Positions 32,301 to 40,318 of a stretch of DNA of 64,000 bases are shown piece by piece. Numbering within the stretch: the first letter of the stretch is position 1; each line of letters begins with the position of its first letter. Made by a program: the position numbers and the translations under genes. The stretch is from an uncultured Candidatus Saccharibacteria bacterium. Lineage in GTDB: Bacteria; Patescibacteriota; Minisyncoccia; Phycocordibacterales; Phycocordibacteraceae. The notes under the pieces were generated by a model, which was not told the origin of the DNA, ran no database searches, and saw only the letters and a list, made by a program, of their open reading frames with translations. The DNA lies in NCBI GenBank assembly GCA_964507275.1, contig CAZDPG010000001.1, positions 20,958 to 84,957 of the forward strand. Reading direction: 5' to 3'.

Positions 32301-35300
32301 AGACGGGAGGATCTCACCGTGGCAAGCGGAGAGACGATCGGCGAGCTCGATTTCTTGGGGACTGACGCTTCGACAAACATGGCAGGAAATCTTGCGAAGA
32401 TCCTGGTGGCGGCGGAAGCAGACCAGTCAACAAGCGCTGCGACCTATATGGCCTTCCATACTAATACCGGGAATGCCGGTTCACTTGCAGAGGCTATGCG
32501 CATCTCGAGTACCGGTAACGTCGGCATCGGCGTAACGGCACCTGCCATCAGATTATCAATAAAGGATTCTTCATCCCAGACTGCCTACACAACATCGAGT
32601 TCTGCGGCCGCAAACCCCTTCGTGGTGCAGACGACTGAGGTCGCGAGCGGCTCCGGCTATGCCGCTCTGCAACGGTTTTATGGAGGTCTTGGGAATAGCA
32701 TCTGGTATCAGGGCCTCGTCGATAATGGGGTTGCCTTTGGTGGCTCCTACGTTATCGGGAACAGGACTGGTGCGGCCGCGTATCAGGAACAACTGAGGAT
32801 CACCAGTACCGGGAACGTCGGTATCGGGACATCGACACCGAATACGAAATTGAACGTACTCGGTAGCAGTGGAACTCAATATTCAAACTCTATTGCAAAG
32901 TTTTACGCGGCCGCTACACAGGGTGTATATATTGGGTACAACACAACCGATAAATACGGATATATTGGGGCGGTTACGGAAGGAGTAACGCACGATCCTC
33001 TGGTCTTAGAACCATCTGGAGGCAACGTCGGCATCGGCACCACGAGTCCGGCAGATATCTTAGATATCTATTCCGCCGCTACTAATAGAGTCTTCCTTCA
33101 AGCGAGTACATCAGTTGGATACGCAGAATATGGTCTGTCGGCGGACCAAGGGAGGGGTAGTCGTTCGACCTTAATCCAGTATGGTTCAGCCCATGCGACA
33201 CTACCGAATGCTTTACAGCTTTTGAATTTTAATAATGCCGATTTAGCACTTGGGACAAATAATACTCGGAGGGTGACAATTTCCGGTAGCGGTCTTGTGG
33301 GTATCGGGACGACGACACCAGCGGCGAGGTTAGTGGTTTCAGAAACAATTTCACAAACGGCGATATTCGATAGCACTTCAGCGTCAGGTCCATACATAGC
33401 ATTCTCTTTAAATGGTACAAGGAATGGATACTTGGGGAATGGCGGCGCACTTGGAAACTCTGCTTCAGTCATTACACTTAGAAGTGAGGGAGATCTTGCC
33501 CTTAATACTGGTACTACCCCTCGACTGTACGTCACGAACACAGGTAACGTCGGTATCGGTACGTCGACGCCAGAGAGACTGTTGCAAGTTCATGGGACTA
33601 ACACGGAAGTGGAGTTGTCTTCAGGGGCTGATGAGTATGCTCGGCTGTATTTCAGGAATGGGGATGGAACTGGAGAAGCAGGCAGGAAGTGGTTGATGGG
33701 GCAGTACGGTGGTTCAGCAGGAAATCCTTTCGTGTTTACATATGCCGCTTCCACAGGAAGTAACTGGGTGGATGCTCTTGCAATAACCAACACGGGGAAT
33801 GTCGGCATCGGAACGACGAGTCCAGGTGTTAATTTGGTCGTCGCTGGGTCAGGACACGTATATAGCAGAGTCGATACAACAGGGACATCCCATGTCGCCG
33901 GCTCCTATCTCACGACTCCGACAACCGAATTGGACTTCATGAGCTTCGGCGGGTACAGCACTTCCCGATTCAGTACTTCCACAGTGGGGTACAGCGCCGC
34001 ATATGCGGTAACTGGCGGCTTGATGTTAGGGACGTATGGTGCTTCCGATGTGATTATCGGTTCAAACAATACTGACAGGATCCACATACTCAGCACAGGT
34101 AACGTGGGTATCGGAACAACGAGTCCTGCTGGGACATTGCAGCTCGGCGGTTCCGCCCCTCATTTCCTTATCGGTACTGGTGCGGATGTCTTGGCAGGTG
34201 GACAGGCTGGCCTTTTGATTAGCAATGGAACAGAAAAAGTTATAAGTGGCGTACAGTCGTCTCTTGGCTTTATTGGCACATATTCAAATACGAAATTCGG
34301 CTTGGCCACCAACAACTCTACGAAAGTCACGATAGATACGACTGGCTACGTCGGCATCGGTACCACAAGTCCAGCGGATACTTTGGATGTGAATGGTGGC
34401 GTGAGAGTCATGGGCCAGGGAACGCTTGGTTTCGGAGCCGGAATGGAATTTTCATATAATTCCACGACGGGAGGCGGCATAACGACTTACGACAGAACAG
34501 GGTCGGCATTCAAAGATTTGAACGCGAATGCTCTCAGTTATCATTTCCTAACAAGTAGTGCTGAAAAGGTAACCATATTAAATAGTGGCAACGTCGGTAT
34601 TGGTACGTCGAGCCCGGGGAATTTGTTGCAACTGCATAGTGCAAGCAGTAATCCGGGGGTTTGGATGTCTGGCGGAACAATAACACAACCGTTTACTAGT
34701 GTTGGGTTCACACCGGAAATTAACGCCAATGTAAGTGGAACTTGGGGTCAATCAAATGCTACTTATGGAGGTCTGCAAGTAAATTCTTTTACGACAAATG
34801 GTAATGCAAACACGATAGGGTTGACGTTACAGGGACATATCGGGTCAGCGTCTCCTTCTGATGACGCACCAGCTATTGTTATAGCTGGCTGGAAGAGTAA
34901 CGGTAGTACAGGCCGTTCGGCGATGTCAGGGACGAACACTGTGTTACAAGTGAGAGCTGGGTCAACGAATTTGGTCACAGTTCAAGGTTCCGGCAACGTC
35001 GGCATCGGCACGACAACACCTGCAACCGCTCTTCAGATAAATACATCTTCACTAGAAGTGGCGCGTTTGGTGGGGACGAATGCAACAGGCGGATATCTAT
35101 CATTCTTTGGGAACACGTCCACAGTGTCTGGCTTCCTCGGAAGTGATGGTGCGGTGAGCGGTGGAGGAGGGGCAAGCGTGTCTGACTTCGGGTTCAGAAC
35201 ACCAGGGGGTATGGTATTCAGGACAGGAGGCGCGGCGGCGCGCATGACGATATTAAGTACCGGTTATGTCGGCGTCGGGACGACCACTCCTACGGCAGCG

Positions 35301-38300
35301 CTCCACGTGAACGGAGGAGATATGCACTTCGGAGACAGTACCAATGTTGCGCGCAACTTCTACGCAATCCGGAATGCTGTCGCTGTGGGAGGCTTCTCGA
35401 CCTCTAACAGCGTCTTCTCTTTGTTCGGAGGTGCGGTGGCAACACCCATGCTCACTCTTATCGGATCCGGCAATGTGGGTATCGGAACAGCGGCACCGGC
35501 AGCGATGCTCGAGATTGCCACGACCACGACCGATGGTGCGACACTTCGTCTCACGAACTCCGACACCGCGGTTGCCGCTGGGGAGGCTCTCGGTTCCTTG
35601 GACTTCTATTCGTCTGATGCTTCGACAAGTGGGGCGGGCATCAGGGCATACCTGAAAGCAGTGGAAAATGATGGAGGAGTCGGCCGCTCCTATGATTTGG
35701 CGCTTGGTACTGGTGCGGCAGCGGCAGCAACCGAGAAGCTGCGCATCACGAGCAGTGGCAACGTCGGTATTGGGACGACGACGCCTGGTGCAAAACTGCA
35801 AATAGGAAGCAGTTCGGTCACCCCTGTGGCTTCCGCGACGCCAGACGCTATCTCGCTGGGTAATATGTACAGCACAACCGCCGGGAGCAACCTAAAACTA
35901 AAGGTGTATGAGTCGGGAAGTGTCAGTCTCGGTTTGGGGGTGAGCGCTCTCTCTCTTGATGTTGTGGCAGGACAGACAGGTGCAGGTATTAACTTCTACA
36001 CTAACGCCGGAAGTACGGCGAAGATGACTATCAGTTCGACTGGCAACGTCGGCATCGGCTCAACGACGCCAGGAAGCTTGCTAAGCGTACTTAATTCGGC
36101 GTTAACGACATACGCTACCAGTGTTATTTCCTCAAGCGTTTCCTCTCTCGAGACGGTGAACAGCAGCAATGTAAGCGGGCAAACTTCAACCCTCAAACTC
36201 AGGGCAAGCAGCAATGGCGGTACGGTTGCAGGCATTGCCGGAATAAGCGCTGTTCAGACAGACTGGACGGCCAATTCTGCTGACATCGCGTTTCAGACGA
36301 ATAGCCTGGGTGCTATCGGTGAGAGAATGAGAATAACAGCGGCCGGTAATGTGGGCATCGGCTCCTCTACTCCTGTTAGCAAATTATCAGTGGCAGGGAC
36401 AGGTGACATCACGGCTGAAATTCAGACGACCTCTAGTACAAATGCAGCAGGTATTAAACTCACTGGCGGTACTCAGACCTGGGGTGTCTATTCCATAGGA
36501 AGTTCTGGTGTTAAAAGCGGAGCTCTTGGCTTCTATGATCACGGGTCATCAGCATGGAGACTTCTTCTTGATAATGCAGGCAACGTCGGCATAGGGACGA
36601 CGAGCCCGCTCCATATGCTGAGTGTGACAAACCCTTCTGGGTCGGGGACAAACTTGTATGTCGCTCAGTTCGCGTCTAACGCGGGAGCAAATGTTCCGCT
36701 CGTAGCCTATTCTGACTCGGCAGGTTCGGCTATTGTAAACCAAACGGGCAGCCTGACTGGTGCGGAGTATATATATATGAGCCAGGCCGGCAACATGACC
36801 TTCAATACTGCGGGTTCTGAGCAAATGAGGATCACGAGTACCGGCAACATCGGCATCGGCACGACGACGCCATCTGCAAAACTGCATATCCTCGATACCA
36901 CGAGTGTGTCTACGAGCGGACAAACCGCATTGGTCGTAGGCTCGACCTATAGCGCAGGCACGGTCGGGAGCGGCGGCAAGATATTGTTTGAAGATCAATC
37001 GACCGGCACTGATAGTGCTGCGATTAGAGGCTACACCTTTGGGTCTTCCAAGACTGGTCTGGCCTTTGATACCGGGTGGGGCGCCCTCACAACGAAGATG
37101 GTGATAGATAATTCGGGCAACATCGGCATCGGCACCACCTCGCCATACAGCAGACTCTCGGTCTGGGGCGCAGACACGACAGCGGGTGTGAATATGTTTG
37201 AGCTCACCAACTCCGCTTCGACGACGCTCCTCTCTATGGATAACGCGGGGAACTTGAACGTGCCGGTCGCCACCGCGACGACGACGCTCGGCGGGGGATT
37301 AAACGTGAACTCGGGCGGTCTCGTTTATGACCTCACTACGGGAATCACGTCTGCCGCTAACTTGAGTCTCGGCGCGACGACCTTCGATACGGATGCGGGA
37401 GTGGTGCAGTGGGTGGATATGCCGGTCACCTCCGCTTCTGCCTCTGGCACCGTCGAGAGCTACACGGCCTCGCTCAACGCGAACCCGATGCTCACCGTCT
37501 ACGGTCTTGCTGATGGCATAGGCGGCATGACGAATCTCGGCGTGGGTATCGGCTCAACGAGTCCGTGGGCAACGCTCTCGGTGACCACTGCGGCTCAGCA
37601 GTCGGGCCTCTTGCCGCTCTTCCAGGTCGCTTCGACGACGAATGCAGAACTCTTTACGGTCAATGGGAACGGGAATGTCGGCATCGGCACAACCTCGCCT
37701 GACACGATACTTACTGTTTTCAACTCTGCTGCCGCAAGTGCAAGTGGGGAAAATACCCTGAAGTTGTCTGCGGACTACCATGGAAATGTTATTGGCAGTG
37801 GCGGACGCATGGTGTTCACCAACAATGCCGTGGATTTAGGGAAAGAAGCGGCAGACATACGCGGATATACATTTGGGACCAACCTGACAGGTCTCGCGTT
37901 TGGTACAGGGTATGGAGCGGTCACTACAAAGATGGTTATAGACAATGCGGGGCTTGTCGGCATCGGCACCACCTCGCCATTCGCTAAACTCGCTGTTCAA
38001 GCGACCGCTGGTGGCTCGACCCCTCTCTTCACGATCGCATCATCGACGAGTGGCGCGGCCACCTCGACGGCGTTCCATGTCGCAAGTAATGGAAATGTGG
38101 GTATTGGGACAGCAAGTCCGGGGGCGAATCTTGAAACTTTCGGAGGAATTAATGCTCTCCCTACGGCATCTGGTTCTGTAAATGAAGCGGGTATTAGAGT
38201 TAGAGGTGGGGGAAATGTTGTGAGTCTTGATTTCGGTAGTAAGAGTGCTGGCCCAGCTTCTTCATGGATTCAGTCAAGAAACGCGACTGATTATTCTACA

Positions 38301-39620
38301 AATTATCCTCTTCTCCTCAATCCAAATGGCGGCAACGTCGGCATCGGGACGACGAATCCTGAGGCAACATTATCTACACTGACAACAATATCGGCAACTG
38401 ATGCGATAGGCTTCTTAGCACGCTCTCAGAGAAGTGATGGTTCTTACAAATCTCAAATTAGGACGGGAGGGACGACAAGCGATATGCGTGGAGACATATT
38501 TTTTGAACGTGATTTGGCTGGTACGGTACTAAATGATTTCTCTGCGATGGACGTCAGTCTCATGATTGATGGAGGAACCGGCAACGTCGGCATCGGGACG
38601 ACGAGTCCACTCGGGAAGCTTCATGTGTATCAGGGAGCGTCAGGACAAGCATCGTTGCCTTCTACTCGCGATTCTCTGGTGCTTGAAAATTCAGCACCAA
38701 ACGGAATCGCCTTCCTTGTTCCGAGTGGCCAAAATTCCTTCATCACATTCGGCGATGCCGCTGATAACGATATCGGGTATCTTGGGTACAGTCATGCGGA
38801 TGACTCATTACAGTTTGCAACAAACAACAGTGAGCGATTGCGGATAACAAGTACTGGCAACGTCGGCATCGGGACGACGAGTCCCGCCACAAAACTCGAA
38901 GTCGGCGGCAATACCGCGAACGTGACCTTCGACGGCTACCTCAACTGCGCCGGATTCACCTCCGACGCGAACGGCAAGCTCGCCTGCACCGCCTCCGATG
39001 AACGGCTCAAGCAGAACATCACCTCGCTCGCCACTTCGAGCGCACTTGCGGGCATCAATGCCCTCAACCCGGTTTCTTTCAACTGGCGCGATCCGTCGAT
39101 GGGTAATCAGGAGCAGTTCGGGCTCATCGCGCAACAGGTGGAGACGGTGTTCCCAAACTTGGTGCAGAGGACCAATCCGACTGAGCTAACTCCAGGCGGT
39201 ACACTGACCGTAAACTACCCGGGATTCATATCGCCGATGATTCTGGCGATACAAGAGTTAGACGCTCGTACGAGGCAAATACTGGGCTCTGGCGGGGTTT
39301 TGAGCCTCGTCCCGGGAGTCGAGTCGCAGTGTGTCACGGGGGATACGCGCCTTCGCCGGAGGCGAAGGTGCGTTGACGGCAGTTTCGAATTCGATGAGGT
39401 CGACATCAAAGACGTCGTGGCTGGAGACGAAATCCAGTCGCTTGAGGAGCGCACTGGCAGCGTCGTGTACTCGCGCGTGAACGGCCTGATCGACATGGGT
39501 GAGCAGGAGGTCTATGAGCTCGTGACGAAGTCCGGGAGACGTATCCGCACCACGGCGAATCACCCGTTCTTGGCCCGGCGTCCCAGTGCCGAACTTGCCT
39601 CCGCAACGCGTTCCGTATGA
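26397..39620 (+). CDS. Giant 4407-aa surface fibre protein: HTH, TM, Ala-rich helical region, about 40 GNVGIGT modules, peptidase S74 chaperone, N-intein
   Basis: Uninterrupted ORF; GYTSDYLARL..G...IGHSW HTH; TM near 26730-26795; repeats counted by eye; SDERLK; CVTGDT...TTANHPFL. Confidence 0.9.
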   Translation: MNHSLKENLITTKDASELSGYTSDYLARLVRSGEIQGKRIGHSWVISSASLETFMTKQKGRKLDRARELASSRVREYNRHNQFVQRTTRALTEKISVPKFRLEEISIRSHSLALGVALVVVALGAVGANAAALPQVAQRASALATEISSGFVDTFGDVPTRIAVRMEEARIAVRADATRNALASRRAGYVASPVLASIDLETLRTVLVKEYRAPRATSDIAFSSSRTDAPILTVTDVYASVAGAYEFFANPSNIGTTLTDAYFAIGTDAYAAVDASFSAYRTLIDASGTPMLAAAATTRDALAHMPRLVAQVNLALGEAVIKATHAAIRTDVIAAHGLAAAAPESARIAVTLMGSTGDTLARAAEQVPARVATAYLNATAVPAVLAPRLAQAVFNAEYSIADRFVSVTNVASERYLALVEGTGDIAYESSTNARSIVQSASRTIAFAPAALEDVTLGTLGKSAAALDSVTHLSSFAAVLPALSASEKTALAVYEAIHSAFDSANRTLVAFFTTTPETVLPTGVPKARVIAVATSTRAVSSGTQPVTTLSYPTYTTVVRGVSEDFVNQSLASLRTNVLATVAGMIQPVSSQVVQNITTIQQLNRIDSLHDLVVQNGDFRNSIFDNGIRVNARDGYFDNLTAGTTTLATTTVNGTLTISSLTLTGSLSSPGSITGSYFVSTSTNATSTFAGSINIDNAGFVYATSTRNVGIGVLSPAALIAVQNSTSTQPIFVASNAAGAEVYRLTNDGFVGIGTTSPTYNLAVEGSSTLGNQAIAGYFTATTTTATSTFAGSFTVGTDKLVVNSTTGNIGIGTTSPYQRLSVAGNVIADTFIATSTTATSTFAGGFAVETDGLVYDYSSNNVGIGTASPANAKLDIRESASGAYGIKLTNRNATRTWGIATDVGAVNDNKFGIFDVTSGGARLTIDTSGYVGIGSTSPAQKLVVSGNILTDNANNNLSAYNIINRPTNATYDAANWYQTAGVSKWIAGLLAASSGGTANADDYSIAYYNGSWNNAVTINSSGRVGIGTTSPSGTLAVAGDFFLTGSTTITGADSGIVFTGSGNHDITAAGGTLRIGTNTIIGNIEALNDTVDIGTAITRFDKIYANEVNASTIVGTLTGGNLSAETFTINSDNATADTENAYLVFERGTITPNASLAWNAAEGAKRFEFNHPLFIQNASASTTLTTLDLKAVAGQTADIFRVASSSADTLFNVTASGNVGIGTTSPYQKLSVVGNVIADTFIATSTTATSTFAGGFAVETSGLVYDYSSNNVGIGTAGPSKKLSVAGDVLIGTPSGSSDVRLLVGRADGVGDGIVTATNFNAVTVPVFRARSGTSPTGDGIYLFYGQNVANTKTFSVDNSGNGYFAGNVGIGTTSPTTLLSLSQTTGPIITLENRNTALAAGEQIGGLSFTANDSSGGGTGEMAKLIAYTQAISSAFGNLGFYTRDRVGVDSLSEKMTIQYNGNVGIGTTSPYQKLSVAGNIIADTFIATSTTATSTFAGGFAVETSGLVYDYSSNNVGIGTAGPESKLSVLRSPSDILGETSIGLNYGAGDLWGMRLGSTDSYDFHLDRKSGSTWLQALSIDRTSGNVGIGSTSPMSKLSVVGESRITGVDSTFGADANARTSLHINANTGSLAEVAYESAGSLRWKVGKNSTTESGSNVGSDFYFNRRSDTGTDLGTAMLIQRSTGNVGIGTTSPASKLNIYAGASGGGANTSAPLTVESNTTAFIGLLTPNASASGILFGNVSNNAAGGILYNSEVANGLSFRVNGNSVKMVINSSGNVGIGTTTPIAPLSVLSASSADQSLAQSWSYNSGADLYNLKLKQIVTSGVVKWGFDIQNAGTSYSDVLILDRGNVGIGTTNPQKMLDVSTSTDATLRLTSTKNDSSWTSNTDTAGVLEFYKTDASGGGADVVASIKPIVQNTAGSEWDLGFSVGETLAEQFRISDAGYLESPTTAKFIFNDVSGGVLQLRREDLTVASGETIGELDFLGTDASTNMAGNLAKILVAAEADQSTSAATYMAFHTNTGNAGSLAEAMRISSTGNVGIGVTAPAIRLSIKDSSSQTAYTTSSSAAANPFVVQTTEVASGSGYAALQRFYGGLGNSIWYQGLVDNGVAFGGSYVIGNRTGAAAYQEQLRITSTGNVGIGTSTPNTKLNVLGSSGTQYSNSIAKFYAAATQGVYIGYNTTDKYGYIGAVTEGVTHDPLVLEPSGGNVGIGTTSPADILDIYSAATNRVFLQASTSVGYAEYGLSADQGRGSRSTLIQYGSAHATLPNALQLLNFNNADLALGTNNTRRVTISGSGLVGIGTTTPAARLVVSETISQTAIFDSTSASGPYIAFSLNGTRNGYLGNGGALGNSASVITLRSEGDLALNTGTTPRLYVTNTGNVGIGTSTPERLLQVHGTNTEVELSSGADEYARLYFRNGDGTGEAGRKWLMGQYGGSAGNPFVFTYAASTGSNWVDALAITNTGNVGIGTTSPGVNLVVAGSGHVYSRVDTTGTSHVAGSYLTTPTTELDFMSFGGYSTSRFSTSTVGYSAAYAVTGGLMLGTYGASDVIIGSNNTDRIHILSTGNVGIGTTSPAGTLQLGGSAPHFLIGTGADVLAGGQAGLLISNGTEKVISGVQSSLGFIGTYSNTKFGLATNNSTKVTIDTTGYVGIGTTSPADTLDVNGGVRVMGQGTLGFGAGMEFSYNSTTGGGITTYDRTGSAFKDLNANALSYHFLTSSAEKVTILNSGNVGIGTSSPGNLLQLHSASSNPGVWMSGGTITQPFTSVGFTPEINANVSGTWGQSNATYGGLQVNSFTTNGNANTIGLTLQGHIGSASPSDDAPAIVIAGWKSNGSTGRSAMSGTNTVLQVRAGSTNLVTVQGSGNVGIGTTTPATALQINTSSLEVARLVGTNATGGYLSFFGNTSTVSGFLGSDGAVSGGGGASVSDFGFRTPGGMVFRTGGAAARMTILSTGYVGVGTTTPTAALHVNGGDMHFGDSTNVARNFYAIRNAVAVGGFSTSNSVFSLFGGAVATPMLTLIGSGNVGIGTAAPAAMLEIATTTTDGATLRLTNSDTAVAAGEALGSLDFYSSDASTSGAGIRAYLKAVENDGGVGRSYDLALGTGAAAAATEKLRITSSGNVGIGTTTPGAKLQIGSSSVTPVASATPDAISLGNMYSTTAGSNLKLKVYESGSVSLGLGVSALSLDVVAGQTGAGINFYTNAGSTAKMTISSTGNVGIGSTTPGSLLSVLNSALTTYATSVISSSVSSLETVNSSNVSGQTSTLKLRASSNGGTVAGIAGISAVQTDWTANSADIAFQTNSLGAIGERMRITAAGNVGIGSSTPVSKLSVAGTGDITAEIQTTSSTNAAGIKLTGGTQTWGVYSIGSSGVKSGALGFYDHGSSAWRLLLDNAGNVGIGTTSPLHMLSVTNPSGSGTNLYVAQFASNAGANVPLVAYSDSAGSAIVNQTGSLTGAEYIYMSQAGNMTFNTAGSEQMRITSTGNIGIGTTTPSAKLHILDTTSVSTSGQTALVVGSTYSAGTVGSGGKILFEDQSTGTDSAAIRGYTFGSSKTGLAFDTGWGALTTKMVIDNSGNIGIGTTSPYSRLSVWGADTTAGVNMFELTNSASTTLLSMDNAGNLNVPVATATTTLGGGLNVNSGGLVYDLTTGITSAANLSLGATTFDTDAGVVQWVDMPVTSASASGTVESYTASLNANPMLTVYGLADGIGGMTNLGVGIGSTSPWATLSVTTAAQQSGLLPLFQVASTTNAELFTVNGNGNVGIGTTSPDTILTVFNSAAASASGENTLKLSADYHGNVIGSGGRMVFTNNAVDLGKEAADIRGYTFGTNLTGLAFGTGYGAVTTKMVIDNAGLVGIGTTSPFAKLAVQATAGGSTPLFTIASSTSGAATSTAFHVASNGNVGIGTASPGANLETFGGINALPTASGSVNEAGIRVRGGGNVVSLDFGSKSAGPASSWIQSRNATDYSTNYPLLLNPNGGNVGIGTTNPEATLSTLTTISATDAIGFLARSQRSDGSYKSQIRTGGTTSDMRGDIFFERDLAGTVLNDFSAMDVSLMIDGGTGNVGIGTTSPLGKLHVYQGASGQASLPSTRDSLVLENSAPNGIAFLVPSGQNSFITFGDAADNDIGYLGYSHADDSLQFATNNSERLRITSTGNVGIGTTSPATKLEVGGNTANVTFDGYLNCAGFTSDANGKLACTASDERLKQNITSLATSSALAGINALNPVSFNWRDPSMGNQEQFGLIAQQVETVFPNLVQRTNPTELTPGGTLTVNYPGFISPMILAIQELDARTRQILGSGGVLSLVPGVESQCVTGDTRLRRRRRCVDGSFEFDEVDIKDVVAGDEIQSLEERTGSVVYSRVNGLIDMGEQEVYELVTKSGRRIRTTANHPFLARRPSAELASATRSV
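28812..30962 (+). repeat. Three ~183-bp in-frame direct repeats (28812-28994, 30042-30224, 30780-30962)
   Basis: Each encodes GN[IV]GIGTTSPYQ[RK]LSV.GN.IADTFIATSTTATSTFAGGFAVET.GLVYDYSSNNVGIGTA. Confidence 0.9.
38994..39270 (+). other. Peptidase S74 intramolecular chaperone autocleavage domain
   Basis: SDERLKQNI (Ser-Lys dyad), LNPVSFNW, GLIAQQV..VFP.LV, VNY...MILAIQEL. Confidence 0.9.
39330..39617 (+). other. Intein/Hint N-terminal half (96 aa)
   Basis: Block A CVTGDT (Cys1 = residue 4312); block B VYELVTKSGRRIRTTANHPFL; stop follows shortly. Confidence 0.9.
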
Positions 39621-39744
39621 AATCTTTTTTGACAATGTCAAAATTTTCCTCCAAACCCGTATCACGGATGCTTACGGCAACTCCGAATTTCGACGAAACT
39701 CGTGCGATTTCTGGCACGGATATTCGTGATATGACCTCTCAACT

Positions 39745-40278
39745 ATGAAGAAGATGCAAAACAACTACGCGTTCATAGATAGTCAGAACTTGAATCTGGG
39801 TATACAAAAGCTCGGGTGGAAGCTGGATTATAGAAAATTCAGAATCTATTTAGCAGAGAAATATGGTGTCACAAAAGCATATATGTTTATCGGTTTCGTA
39901 GCGTTCAATCAGTCGCTCTACGACAATTTGCAGGAAGCGGGGTTTATTTTGAAGTTCAAGCCCACGATTCCTGATGCCGATGGGAAACTAAAAGGCAATA
40001 TAGATGCCGATCTTGTGTTGCGCGCTATTCTCGATGTTGGCGAATATGATTCGGCTGTTGTAGTAACAAGCGACGGCGACTTTTATTCGCTTGTTCAACA
40101 TCTCCGCGAAATTGGAAAATTGAAAGTTGTCTTGAGTCCCGATATAGAACACTGTTCGACACTGCTCAAGCAGGTGGCAGAAGGAAGGGTATGGTTCATG
40201 AATAACTTGCGCCTGCTCCTCGAATATAAACGAAAAACGCCGCCTGGGGACAGAACCCAAGGAAGCGTCCTTCAATAG
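39745..40278 (+). CDS. NYN-domain (LabA/DUF88, PIN-fold) ribonuclease
   Basis: AFIDSQNL, KGNIDADLV, VTSDGDF acidic motifs. Confidence 0.9.
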   Translation: MKKMQNNYAFIDSQNLNLGIQKLGWKLDYRKFRIYLAEKYGVTKAYMFIGFVAFNQSLYDNLQEAGFILKFKPTIPDADGKLKGNIDADLVLRAILDVGEYDSAVVVTSDGDFYSLVQHLREIGKLKVVLSPDIEHCSTLLKQVAEGRVWFMNNLRLLLEYKRKTPPGDRTQGSVLQ

Positions 40279-40318
40279 AGATACACTTCTATGATATCCC
40301 CACGAGATAAAAAGTCAA
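40228..40318 (-). ncRNA. Putative antisense small RNA and its promoter at the 3' end of the NYN gene
   Basis: Minus strand TTGACT(40318-40313)-16nt-TATCAT(40296-40291), then a hairpin and U-rich tail. Confidence 0.45.

Noticed and set aside
28500-38900. CRISPR-like array from the recurring ggcaacgtcggcatcgg motif
   Set aside because: Copies are degenerate at third codon positions, in frame within one ORF and hundreds of bp apart; no cas genes
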